From Bugula neritina (taxonomy: Eukaryota > Animalia > Bryozoa): 64,000 nt of DNA. This document shows, in pieces, positions 29,301 to 42,329 of the stretch. A program made the translations under genes and the position numbers. Position 1 is the first letter of the stretch. Every line of letters begins with the position of its first letter. Location of the stretch: positions 16,244,995 through 16,308,994 of the forward strand of contig OZ037765.1 of NCBI GenBank assembly GCA_964035545.1. The letters are read 5' to 3'. The notes beneath the pieces are model-generated. The model searched no databases. It saw only the letters and a program-made list of their open reading frames with translations, and was not told the DNA's origin.

Positions 29301-32300
29301 CTTCTAATCTTTTTCTGCATCCTTTTAGGTGTTTGCACATATTTGTTGTGTCCTATTCCTTTCTGTAGGCCCTTCTTTTCTGGCTTACGATGGAGAGCTG
29401 GTTTTTTTGTTTGACTTGGCAAAGCTCTAAAATATTATTATATATGAAGGTAACTGGAAAAGTATTATTGAAACAGCTGCAGAAAATCTCCATTGCTGTC
29501 TATATCATATTTCAATTTTATTGCTCAAGATCGCATTTTCAATATTATAATCCTTACAGAAAACCAGGGTCTGTTCTTTTTAACCAGCGAGCTTCTTTAG
29601 GTGTGATAGTGGCCGCCTGCTGACTTTGTTTCCGAGGAGTTAATGGAGTGCATCCAGTTGCACCCTCAGTTTCCACTAAATGAATAGTTGGGACTGCTGT
29701 TTTCTCTAAATGCAATCTAAAGAGTAAATCAAAGACAATGAATTTTTATTCTTTCAATAAGTGAACAATATTTACCATTAATTTTTACTGGTATTGATGA
29801 TGGGCACCATTACCAGTATCATACTCATAGCATGAGTATCAGTGCGTATGAATCATAATATTAATGGTATGTATCCAAGTGACTATGACACATTCTGATA
29901 ATCATAAGTCTTTCATATTATCGCCATTATAAATGAATTTCCTTACAATAATGGTTATCGTGTAAATCATAAATGCAAACTTGTACTTGCAAGTTTATGT
30001 CATAGTCACATGAAATTGAATCAACACGGTCATGACAATCCTATTGACTTATACCAACTTGTAGTAATACTTGATAGTTATAGTTATACTTATTGTTGAA
30101 AATCAACATTAAAAAAACTATCATTAGCCTATCGTCTAATTATATCACAATCACTAAGTCATTAGTCAGTATCACTATGACTATGAGTTTGAGTGAGTTA
30201 TTCACTTACATGTTAATGAGTTTTGCTTTATACATGCCCATGTTTGTAAATTGTTCATCACCAAAATGCTGAAAACACAAACGAGAGTTGTTATCAGGCA
30301 GAAAGTTTTTTCTTTTCGTATTGACAAACTTGGTCCATTTTTCACCACACGCAGTATCAGCAGGCCATTTAAACATCAACATGTGTTTTTCCTTGTACGA
30401 ACACATTGCAGCTTCACACACTCTTCTTTTGCATTTGCCTTTAGAACTTGAAGCCATTCGTGTAGTCATGTCGACAGTAAGTGTAACTAGTAATATAGGT
30501 AATAAGTTTGTTCATTAGAGTCCAATGGCAATATGAATATGAAATCTAATTTATATAGATAGCGAGCGACTACTACTAGTAGTAGTACTACTAGGCACAG
30601 GTTATATTGGTAATATCCGGTTACGGTAATGATAATCTATTTGGAAGCGTAATAATATGCAATTATTTGTAATGTTTTATAGAAAAGTTTACCACTCGTT
30701 AGATTTAGCTAATTTCTTTCAACAATATCGTGTTATCGCCGTACTTAGCCACCCGTTCTAATTACATCGTGAGGGTGAGGCTATTTCATTTTTCCGATGC
30801 TCAAAATTTCTAACGGAAGTAACTTTAGCTCTTAATATCAATAATAAAATGGTATCATTTGTTTTTTTCATTGAGCCTTAGTTGTACTCTGTGTTTTAAA
30901 ATTTATGTCAGTTTAGTGATTTATCTGTGTGTTGCAGTGGCTAAAAATAAAACGCTGTGAAAGTATGCAATTATTACTATTAGTTATATAGTAACTAGGA
31001 CTCGAAGCAGACCGGAAACCGGCGTAATACGTGTGCACTGAGAGCTTAGAAATCCGAAAGTTTTCTGGACATGCATGCACTAATCTTGTTATAAAACAAA
31101 ATAGTCTAGCCATCCACCCTCAAAGGGGTGGTCTAGTGATAGCTAAGATATAGATGAATATTTTCGTGCTATATAAGTAAAGTGTGTCAGGGATTCTTTA
31201 AGCATTTTGACTGCAGTAATCTTTATTACCAAAAATTATTGAGCAGTCATTTTTAAAACCAAATGAAGCACAATCTCTTAAGCTTTTGAGAGAAAATTCC
31301 CATATATTTTGAAGTAGGCACAATTGAATAGCACTAACTTCAGTGAAACTTGATTTACAACTTGACCAAATTTTCAGCTATCTGATAATTTTTGAACTAT
31401 CTATCATCACTCATTTCTACATTAATAAAATTATTTCCACTCAACACAGTATTTAATAATATAGTTTACTAATAATATCTACTAATAAAAATATTGCTCA
31501 AACCTAGCTGCTGGCTCATTATTGATGTAGTCCCGGACTCTGAATAATGCGGCATGACGGCATAACTCCTTCAGATCACTTCCTGACAAACCATCACAAT
31601 TGGCAGCCATCTCTTTGATCACAGATGCTTTATTAGTGATATCCTCATTTCGAAGCACCACTTGCAATATTTTTTCTCGTTCTGATTCAGTCTAAGAATA
31701 TATACATAAAACTGATTGATATATAAGGCTGATAGCTAAAACATAACATAACTCAGCAAAAGGCTATTCAAACAAGTCATATAACTATTTTGAAGATGGA
31801 AGTGAACCTGATTAATGCACAGATTGCAAATACAAATAAAATGATTAATATAGATTTATGCTTTCCCCTTCAACTACTTTTAAAATAAAAGAAACTAAAA
31901 TAACATTAACAAATCAATTGTAAGTGCATAATTTTTATTTACATATTACAAAATAATAAGCTACTGTGTGTTTTCATATACTAAGCCTATTTCAAATGTT
32001 TTTGAATATAAATAAAAATATTTTATATAACATGACTCATTTTTTAAACATTTAAACTATTGAAAAATATTATTGTTGATATTTATCAATTATATTTATA
32101 GATGCATAGCTGTGTCGGTTAATATTTGGGTCCTGCCCCAAAAGAAGTCAAGTTGCAAGTTATAATTCTGATCTCTATATTAATTTTTAACAAATATCGA
32201 AAAAAAATCTTCAGGCAGAAAAATCATTTTGTTATATATTTTTCTTTCTTTCTGAGTTTAAGCAGAGACAAGTGCAATTCTGGTTGACTACTAATATTAT

Positions 32301-35300
32301 ATGCGAAATGTTTTCTTGCTAGCTAGGTTAGATGAAATACATTTATAGGAGCTATAATTCTAAAACTAGGTAAAAGAATATTTAAAATAGGTTTGCTCAG
32401 ATGAAAACACATTTACATGAGCTGTACCTGCTTATAGTAATGATAACTTATACAGCTCCCAGTATGACATTATTTTATAAATCAATAGAGGCTTTTCACA
32501 AGCCCTCTGGGGACATTTGTATTTTGAAGTTGTCTCCTCCCAGAAGGGCGAAGTGTGGTCTCCATGATATATAGAACAAGCACATAAAATCAGTAGAAAT
32601 TTAAGGTTTGTGGGAAGACTATTGCTAGTACGAGTTTCATTTTTTCTGAGATTAATATTTTGGCATAAGCACACAGGTTAGCAGTTCCAGAAAATTTTTA
32701 AAAATTTTCTTTCTTCAAAAATCTTGAGAAAAATTAACTTCAAAGCATGTTTGTGGTTTTGGTTACTGCATGAGCAAGCTGAATTGGCAACTATGAGATA
32801 AGTCCCATTAATCAGTTGTTATGCTGGCTGTCATATTCAATTTATAGCTGTTGACCTTTCAACTCTTTGGTCAGAATGTGCTGTTAACACAGTGTTAGAG
32901 CACTGCTACTCTGCTAGTGCACTGAATGAGACAGCAGATTAGCTGTGTTAGCATTTTCATTACACTTACACACTTATGCTATGATAATAGCTAGACTATA
33001 ACCTCAACATCCATCATTTTCACAAAAAGCATTTTCACAAAGCTATAGATATATATTAAATATAGACAGATTAAATTTGTAGTATCAAAATGATGCGTGA
33101 TAGCATGTGCACTTAATTACACTTTGAAGAGTTTGTGCTACATTATGTTCAAAGGACCGTAAATGCTTTACATAGTTTCATGTTATGGCTAAAACTTCTT
33201 TAAAAGAAAAATATTACCAAGAAAAGCAAAGCTCAGTTTATGCAAAAATTTATTAAAAATGCTTTATATTTAGGCAGGCATCTTTTCATTCAGTATCGAT
33301 CCATCTTGAAATAATTTGTCTGCTCTAAATCTTCATTGCATATTTTACAACAGGTCTAATAGTTTTATTTAAAAGGTTTAATTGAAATGTTATACTTGAT
33401 TTTAACTTACATATCCTCGCGCATGCCTATTTTAAGATAATACCTGTAATATTCTAATTGGTGCTGTCGTGACTTATAGCCACACTCTAAAATTTTATGT
33501 CATTCAAATATGAGTCTCAAATTTAAGAAAGGCTTTATATTTTATAACATTTTGTGACCCATGGGATCAGCCAAGCTAGTTGCATAACTGCAGTTGAGTG
33601 TCAATAACACTAGCTCATGATATTTGAAGCATGAGAAGTTGAGGAGCTATAACATTAAACAGTTTAACTGAAAACCCAAGCAAAATGTTAATAACCCAAT
33701 TTTATCAACATGCTTTCACTGCTTCACTTGTAAGAATCTGCTTAATACTTTTCAACCAGAATTTCCTTCTAAAGTAATTGTCAGAGAATTCAGTTTATGC
33801 TGCAATTTGATGAGTTGGGAAACTTGGGCTTTCAGGTGCAGTAGTGATTAGCTTAGTTTACTTATTTTATATTGTATATCCATTTTATTATATAACTATA
33901 CTTTAACCTACCATACATTAACTAGGATCTTGAATCTACTGCAGTTGACGGAGATGACTACTACACACAAGGTAGATGCAGTACTAATGGAGAAATTGAG
34001 AAAAGCCTTTTTTCTAGATTAGAAATGTAGCAAAAAAGTTGTGTTATACGCAACACCAACATTCGTAAAGAAAGTTAAAGAACTTAGGCTATCTCAATTT
34101 CTTCACTACTGTATGCTCCTAAATGCTACAAGCCACAGGCATAATTAAGAAATAACAAAGCTGCATGTAACCCAAGGGCCTGAATGCCAACTGCTAAAAG
34201 GCTATCTCGGTTTCTGATTAAATTATCTAGATATATATTTATTTGAGCACAATTGTTACAATTGCAATAGATGCATTTAACCTGTATTAGAAAATTAACC
34301 GACATGTATCAAAGCACATTTCATATTCGTTCTATACTACAAATTTAATCTGTCTATTTAATATAATATATCTATAGCTTTGTGAAAATGCTTTTTGTGA
34401 AAATGATGGATGTTGAGGTTATAGTCTAGCTATTCTCATAGCATAAGTGTAATGAAAATGCTAACACAGCTAATCTGCTGTCTCATTCAGTGCACTAGCA
34501 GAGTAGCAGTGCTCTAACACTGTTTTAACAGCACATTCTGACCAAAGAGTTGAAAGGTCAACAGCTATAAATTAAATATGACAGCCAGCATAACAAATGA
34601 TTAATGGGACTTATCTCATAGTTGCCAATTCAACTTGCTCATGTAGTAACCAAAACCACAAACATGCTTTGAAGTTAATTTTTCTCAAGATTTTTGAAAA
34701 AAGAAAATTTTTAAAAATTTTCTGGAACTGCTAACCTGTGTGCTTATGCCAAAATATTAATCTCAGAAAAAATGAAACTGGTACTAGCAATAGTCTTCCC
34801 ACAAACCTCAAATTTCTACTGATTTTATGTGCTTGTTCTATAAATCATGGAGACTACACTTCGCCCTTCTGGGAGGAGACAACTTCAAAATACAAATGTC
34901 CCCAGAGGGCTTGTGAAAAGCCCCTATTAGAGATGCAAAAGGATTGGCTTACTGGTAAGTTTATTTGTAACATGCAGGGCATTCGCCTTCTGAAAGCTGG
35001 GTCTACATCCATTGGCCTGTTAGTAGCACCCATGATTAGGATTTTGTGACTAGCATCTGTTGTTAGACCATCCCACAAACTCATGAACTGTGCCTTAACC
35101 ATAGCAGTAGACTCATGGTCGTTAGTATTACGGGCACGTAAGAAAGCATCTAAAGGTACAAAGACAAGATAATATGTACAACTGAAGCTTAGCATTTTAA
35201 TTATTATACTAAAACCTAAATGATCTGAAACACAGAACTTGTACAGCGTAAGGGAAATCGTTGTCAGGAGTTGCTTGAACCTGACTTACAACACAAATGT

Positions 35301-37983
35301 TATTACTGTTACTTTAACACCATTTAGGTAACAGTTCAGCCTTTAATGCAATCCTTTCTTCATTACTTTGTTTTTGCTTACATATGTCCCATATTTCTAA
35401 TTGCTTTTTACATAAAGTTGCTGATAGTTGCTATCACTATGTTGTTAATTTTCAACAAATTTCTCAAAGTACTGCATATAAAAAAGGTATAAAGCCAAGA
35501 ATATTAAAGTTAATACAAATTTCATATTGAAATTTGTAGCTCCGTTACAAAAAGAATTTTCGCAAACTGTGACTAGATTTACACAGTCAGACTGAGTTAC
35601 AGCAGATTAAGCAGCATTACTTGCAGTTACAAAAACAATAAATAATAAAATAAACTTAAATAAAAAACTAGGGCAAAAGTAAAACTTACTTTTTGAAACC
35701 CTGAAACAAGCTTTAATTTAACTTATCAACAGCACAAAAAAGCTCTTTAATTGTAACAAAACTTAGCCTACAAATATCAATTCTCTAAGGCGAGGTTCCT
35801 GGCAAAAGAACTAATATGAACAAGAAGCTATGTTTGTTGCACTATAAACTATGGTTTTTGCATTTGCAGCCAGTAAGAAAAATAGAAAGAATACAAAAGA
35901 TAAGATTCTACAACAGCAATGCACTTTCTGAACAGTCGGAGTTATGTCTCTCTCGCACAATACTATCACTCAAGAGAAATTCGATACAAATAGAAAATCC
36001 ACCTCTTTCCCATTGAGGATTAATTTTATCAACTGAAAGAGAGGCTGTGTTAACTGCAACCTGTGCACCGTATAGGACTTTATTTTCTCTCAATGTGTAG
36101 ATGAGCTGAAGCATTAAAACAATATATGAAACTAATGCAGGAAAGAATCATTTTAAACTTCTGCTGAATCAATTTGAAAGAATATTTATGTCTAAATTAT
36201 ACATCAAGTAATAGAACCATTATTTTAATTTAATTATGTTAAAAGATAATGAATCAACTTTGTCACGGTTACATTTTACTGTTTAGCATAAAAACAAGTT
36301 GGTATTGCTCACCAATTTCATCGATGAAAATGATTGTGGGCTCTAGTTTAGCAGCCTGTAATGAGAAAAAAATGAATTACACACATATTTTACAACAGTA
36401 AAATGTTAGATAATGCCCCATGATTTTGTAAAAAATATGCATCTGACTATTACAAATTTTTTATAGATGTTTTGAAAGGCTTTTGTGAGTTTATAGTTTA
36501 TCCAACTTTTTCCTACCAGAGAAAATATAGCTTCAGCTCTTTTCTGCGATTCCCCATACCATTTATCAAATAAAGCTGAAGCTTGAAGGTTAATAAACCT
36601 AGCACCAGAAGCTTTAGCTGTGGCCTTAGCCAACATGGTTTTTCCACAGCCAGGTGGTCCGTATAATAAAACACCTAAAAAAAGAAATCTGCAGATACCC
36701 ATACGTGTTAATAAAAGTATTGTTACAACCAGCAAGTTCAACAACCTATTGTAAAATATACCCATTTAGAACAATTATTATTTCCACTTGTATAGCCATA
36801 CCTAATGCCAGAAGAAATTATATATAATGACATACTTTGATGATGCAGATTTCGTGTATGAAATCCAAAATGAATTTTATTCATGTTAGAAGTCAACGAT
36901 ACTTCAAAATATTTCTTTGTTTTCGAAAATAACCACTTGACAAATATTTAGATATGAACTTTCTAGTGAAAATTCGACATTTTTAGAGCTTATGAAAAAA
37001 AACTTTCATTAACAACAATGATGTTTCATACCTTTAGGAGGTTGCAGCAGTTCTGAAGAACTGAAAAGATCGGGTCTTGTAAATGGCAGTATGATTACTT
37101 CATTGATCTCTTCAATGATGTGTTCTAGACCACCTATGTCTTTCCACTCAATCACCATAGAATTTGTATCCACTAGATTGGACGCAATACATAATTCATA
37201 TTCTGACAATGGTTCCTCTAAACATATGCCTAACCTTTCTATCATCTTTTGTGCCTGGAAATAGAGCAAAAAATTTCCAGTTATACTCAGGTGTAGCAAT
37301 TTTTGCAATTTTGAAATTGAAAACTACCTGCATGAGTCATTACTAAAATAAACTGGATTTTATAAATTACTGGATGCACCAAATAACATAAAGCATATTA
37401 AAAATATTTATTCAGACCAACTGATTGCAAATAAATCATGCAAAGCTTTTAAAATTATGTTAAAAATGTTATAAAATTTGTATTGGGTTCCAAAAGAAGA
37501 ATTTCAACCACTTATTGCGTAGTCACATTACAAGTGGCGCTTTCCATACTTTTATTACGACAACAAGACAAAATAATTAGAACTAGTTCCAAATTCATGA
37601 AAATATAGTATATGAGGTAATTTCATACACACATTGATTTCAAATGACCGAGAAAAAGTCCTGCGGTAATCAGATACTGATTTCTTGCAAAATTACGGTA
37701 AACATTGTGACAGGAATGTTTCTATTTGTATAGTAGCAAGCACATATTCATTCCTTTTGAGTTTATTGCTTGGATGTGTACTCTAGGAAAAAAAAGTTCA
37801 AAATGAAAAAAATGCTACACTCACTATGGCTTCTGACTTTTTCTTTTCTGAATCAGTTGGATCTAATCTTTTTAGGAGTGTGTTGAAAATATAATAAGCT
37901 GGTACCAGAGAGATACCAAAGCCAACCAGTGTGACAATAATTTCTCCTTTTGTTTTAGCTGGAACACTGAAGGAGTTTCCCAT
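26394..37983 (-). CDS. ATAD1: ATAD1/Msp1 membrane-anchored AAA+ dislocase. Exons: 37983-37825, 37254-37032, 36674-36517, 36355-36313, 35149-34953, 31691-31504, 26532-26394
   Basis: N-terminal TM followed by [23 protein letters not shown], Walker A GPPGCGKT, pore loop DKWYGES, Walker [43 protein letters not shown] and [12 protein letters not shown]. All junctions are in frame. Confidence 0.96.
27117..28837 (+). CDS. KolX-like / P2X7 cytoplasmic ballast-like (nanor-like) Zn-Cys protein, ~208 aa. Exons: 27117-27311, 28313-28520, 28614-28837
   Basis: In-frame GT-AG splicing gives an acidic N-terminus with GYQFEP, then [71 protein letters not shown]. This matches the WCxCxxC..CC..CIT..RxxxYRx(3)W..LPxC..FP signature. 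Confidence 0.88.
29554..30469 (-). CDS. THAP (C2CH zinc finger) domain protein, ~140 aa; N-terminal part of the element's transposase gene. Exons: 30469-30210, 29716-29554
   Basis: Exon 1 has CEAAMC..FKWP..KWTKFV..RLCFQHF. Splicing to exon 2 supplies the diagnostic AVPTI box ([13 protein letters not shown]), followed by a stop. Confidence 0.88.
32484..34928. mobile_element. Foldback-type non-autonomous DNA element with ~600-bp inverted arms (32484-33085 / 34334-34928) and ~1.25-kb spacer, in an ATAD1 intron
   Basis: The arms are near-identical reverse complements (aatagaggcttttcacaagccctctgggg... / ...ccccagagggcttgtgaaaagcccctatt) with scattered substitutions and small indels. The ORF track shows the same peptide on both strands. 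TSD is ambiguous (TA or AT). Confidence 0.9.
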
Positions 37984-38523
37984 GCTGATGGTAAATTATC
38001 TACTGTATAAGAAACAATGTATTAGCCTGCATTGGTCTTCACTTCGGACTTGTGAGATTGAGTGTCATTAAGAAAAGATTAATAAAGCCATCTACAGTAG
38101 ATAGCATTAGCCTTACTGCAACTGCAAAAACTCTACCTATGACCATGGGCGCCTTCCTGAAGGAAGGAATAGTAAAAACAAATTATTATTTAATCTTCAA
38201 GATATTTCTTTTCAATCTCAAATTAATCTAAATTATGAGAGAAGTTTGAAGAAATAACAATGTGCTGGTATTAGGCACCAAGTCTGTCACAACTAGTGTG
38301 ATCTACAATTGCATAACTGTTGCCTGCAACAATCTAAACTTTATAAATTATAAAAGTTGATATATTATTATAATAAATCATGTCCTTAGTGTTATAAAAG
38401 AACAAGGTTAAATTAGAAATAATTGAACCAGCAAGAATATCATTGCTATCAATGCAATTACAATACTTCCAAAGGAAGACACAACACAATTATGCAAGAT
38501 TAATGGTGATTGATGCAAACTAA

Positions 38524-40874
38524 GGGCGCTTTCGGATTCCCTACGCGTAGGGGTAACTGTAGGCCCTACGCGATGCCCATTCGGCAACCATCACGCGTAG
38601 GGCGCAATTATTCGAGCAATTACAGTAATTTTATTCTGACATTGCGTCATTTTTGTAAACGAGTGTAAGCGATAGAATAGGTAGTTACCCCTACGCGTAC
38701 CGGGGTACTCGTGGTTACCGAACACGCGTCGATCAAATTATTAGCCTTAGTAACTAATAGCACACACTAAGATTTTAAAGCTACTTTAGCGAAACCATTC
38801 GCAGAAAGAATGTTTGTATAACTACCGTTTTCTCCAATGTACTTTTCTTTTATTACACTAGCAGCTAAACTTTGGTATATAATCTAGTTATCAAGCTGAA
38901 TAATATTAATCACTACTTGAAGTTATCGTTACTTTACACCAACAGAACAAAATATTTATTTCATCATTCATTCAATGTTTCAATTACATTGTTTATATTT
39001 TTCTACAACTTGAAATTATTATATATGATATTTTAGCCTGGTTAGTAGCTGAATGCCTTGCTATCGTGTACATACTCTAATACAAAGAGAAGACAACTTT
39101 ACATTTAAGTGTTGCAACTCGCCAAAATTCAAATGAAATGCTTTTTGCATTTATGCATGTGAAGCCTAGAATGCTACTAAACCAATAGAAATAGGTCATT
39201 CTATCACTTGATAATAACAATAAAAATACAATGGTGACAACAGCGTATTGTAACTACACAATTGAAGTTATATGGCAATATATGAGATGTTTGGATTAGC
39301 CTAAATAATACTAATGGCCTAAATTAGAGAAAAATAGCTAGTATATACATAGTACTAGAGCAGTGAGTGAAGATTTATAACTCAAAAGAACAAATAGTAC
39401 ATTACAAAATCCACAAGGCATTATCAAAATACCTGAATGATTATAACGATGGTAAACAACATTGTATATGTTCTATTATAGCAACACAATATGAATGGAA
39501 CAGAAATGTAATTTTACAGCAAAAGTTATAGTGATTGACTAAAAAACATTGATAAAGAAATTTTGGCAAATCTGCAGAATGTCAGGACAGCCACATCTAC
39601 TAGCACTCCTCAGTAGCACCTGTCAAGTCATTGGCAAATCTGCTTCTCCATCCCATCGACTCAGACTAAAAGTAAAACAAGAAGTTATACACTAAAACTA
39701 AAAAGTAAAGTACAGTAATTTAGAATATCAATCATACAATTGCAGGATTAAAACTATCAACTATTATATTATTTGCATTTAATAAAACTTTAATATTTCA
39801 TGAAATTCAATGCTATCAAATTCAATAATATTATTTATATTAATATTATTTTTTAATTTATGAACATAACTATTTATAGTTGTTAAGTATAATTAAATAT
39901 CATACTAATACTAATAGTAATACTAACAGTAACTGCAATAATATATTTATTTTATAATCGTTCATAATTCATAGTGATGCTGATAGTCATACTCATAATC
40001 ATCATCATGTCTCATAGTGATAGTCATACTGATACTCATAATCATAGTAATACTGATATAATTTAGTGATAGGTGACAATCATGATGATAATCAATAAGT
40101 ATAACGATAACGATGATAATAATAATTATAATTATTAGTAATATTATAATGCAAATAATCATAATGTTAAACTTAATCATAATGACAATGTTATGTTTAT
40201 AATATTACAAATACTAATAGTAATAGTGAAATACAATAGCAATTACTATAACTATTAGTATTAGTATTACTATTGCCGTATTGGTATTACTATTAGTATT
40301 ACTATTAGTATTAGTCACTATTACTATTAGTATTAGACTTAGTATTAGACTTAGTATAAGTATTACTATTACTATTAGTATTAGTATTACTATTAGTATT
40401 AGTATTAGATTTAGTATTACTATTACTTCTTTTAATTTTATAATTATTCTAAATATCATAATGAAATAAAAATTCAAAGTGATATCCTACAATTATACTT
40501 TCAATTAGACTATGCATCATTTCAAGACCAATATTGAACAATTTTTGAAGTTACCTGCTAAAGCTTGGAGTTCAAGTAACAAACTCGCAGGCCACAGCAA
40601 TAATAATAATTAATACTATTAAAATTAGTAGTTCCCGCCCAGCGCGTGCTATGAAAATAAATGTCAATACTTGTGCAGTCAGTAAGGTCGAAGGTCATAT
40701 TAAATACTTGTTGCCCTACTCGATGAGTGCTACGTGCACCCCTACGCGATGCATTCGGTAGCCAACGCGTACCCCATCAAAAAAGAAGCTCATCGAGGGG
40801 TACTCGACGGAGAGAAAGTGAGCAAATTCATCGATGAGCCCAGTAGGCTACGCGTAGGGAATCCGAAAGCGCCC
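38524..40874. mobile_element. Non-autonomous TIR DNA transposon (~2.35 kb; PIF/Harbinger-ISL2EU-like or Kolobok-like ends)
   Basis: Perfect 27-bp TIR gggcgctttcggattccctacgcgtag / ctacgcgtagggaatccgaaagcgccc. Flanks are ctaa / ttaa. Repeated subterminal ccctacgcg motifs at both ends, CpG-rich ends, no transposase ORF. Confidence 0.88.
39900..40480. repeat. A-N-T periodic low-complexity tract
   Basis: Runs such as agtattagtattactattagt and aataataattata. This tract explains the spurious poly-Ile ORFs. Confidence 0.9.
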
Positions 40875-42329
40875 TTAAAGTAACACACTACTGATACCGA
40901 CCAACAGTTTAAACAAATGTCCAAAATCAAATGCTAACATATATAAATATTTACACCAGTCATACTTGGCAGGTTCACCTATTTTTAGGAACTTGTTTTT
41001 GAACTTGAATTGATGATTTAAAAACCTTAATTGACCTACAGCTGATAATGTCAAATTTTTTTACTGTACAGTATTGGGCCTAATATCCTTAGCTATAGCA
41101 TATAACACAGCTCTCAAGGCAAAATAATTTCTATTGAAACGATGTAAATTTTTCCAGTCGTCTAGCTGTCTCTGTAATTATTAAATAGCATGACTAAAAT
41201 CATTCAAAATAAACTTATTGTAAATATTGAAGGCGGCTCAAAAACACACTACATAAATTTGTTTCAGCTGTATTATAACTCCAACCAATCACGTTCATTT
41301 TCAAGTCCATCAGAATAAATCATAAAATGAGTCAAGCCTTTTATATCTATTTTTTCAACAAAATTATGCCGATTTGAGCAAGGAGTTCATGGTCATCCAC
41401 TACAATGTTATACTTCTGTAGTTTGCTGCTAACTCCCTTATACTCACACAGTACATAACAAACAAAAAGAATTAATACAAAAGAAGTTTAACTACATTAT
41501 CTGTGTTAAATTTAGTAAAACTTAAAATTCATAAGCCTATTTACTTTATTACCATCGATTTACAAAAACCAGTAAATCTAAATAGACAAAGTCTATAGTT
41601 TGTTCTGATGTTTTAAAGTCTGCCAAATTCACTGCCTGGTGATGGGCTAATCCCAACATCCTTGGGTTTGTAAATGAGACATTTTCCACCAAACACAAAA
41701 TATTAATCAATCTGTCATCAGCATTTAATTGCATTCAGTAGCTGTTGCCTGCTTTAGTAGTTTACTTTACAAGTCCCACCAATCTTTGTATAATACTTAT
41801 CAGAGAAGTTTTGAATAAAATATGGTATCTAGAGCTGCAGGCTTCCATCAGTTAGTTCGACACCAAGCTGCGGCTGTTGAAAGTGAATCTGCAAAACCCA
41901 AACTTGTGTGTATCTCTGGTTTAGCCTTCCTTCACCAACTCTTTCTAGCATCTTCACTAGGTAGTTTTGCTTCTCTTGATATAAGATGATGCCTTAGTTT
42001 AATTTTCTATTTCACACAATTAGATGCAATATCTTTCCAGCATACTGTGTCTGTGTTGGTAGCCTTCATATACCCTTCTTGCAGGTATTTTTGAAGCAAA
42101 CTTGACGTCATCCAAAACTTAGACTAGCCAATTCAACATACCCAATGAATTCAAGAAATTTCCATACTGGGTACAAGAACAAATCAGTACTCTTTGAGCT
42201 CTTAAAATAACATTTTGTGTAGTAAAAACTGTTCAGGCTTCTTTTCTAGCCTCTCATATTTAATCTAAGATTTGCAGCCATACATGTATAAAGGTGCTGA
42301 CAATGCGCCCAATTTACGCTGTTATTTTT

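Larger units (their letters stand above)
26658..31197. mobile_element. Kolobok-type DNA transposon (4540 bp), apparently lacking the DDE transposase core, in the last ATAD1 intron
   Basis: TTAA TSD at 26654-26657 and 31198-31201. AG...CT termini. 61-bp outer TIR with 3 mismatches (26658-26718 / 31137-31197) plus a second inverted block (26754-26800 / 31054-31100). Carries convergent THAP and KolX-like genes. Confidence 0.85.

Noticed and set aside
32432-35049. Near-identical ORFs [13 protein letters not shown]... on opposite strands, suggesting a duplicated gene
   Set aside because: They are the two arms of the inverted repeat. There is no recognisable domain, the starts are non-ATG, and the longer ORF runs antisense into an ATAD1 exon.
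39962-40477. Hydrophobic poly-Ile/Leu/Ser ORFs resembling membrane proteins (also 43403-43600, 20640-20858, 44848-45045)
   Set aside because: Translation artefacts of A-N-T low-complexity tracts.
41480-42250. Coding-like decayed sequence on the minus strand next to the R4-like fragment
   Set aside because: Multiple stops and no motif I can identify.
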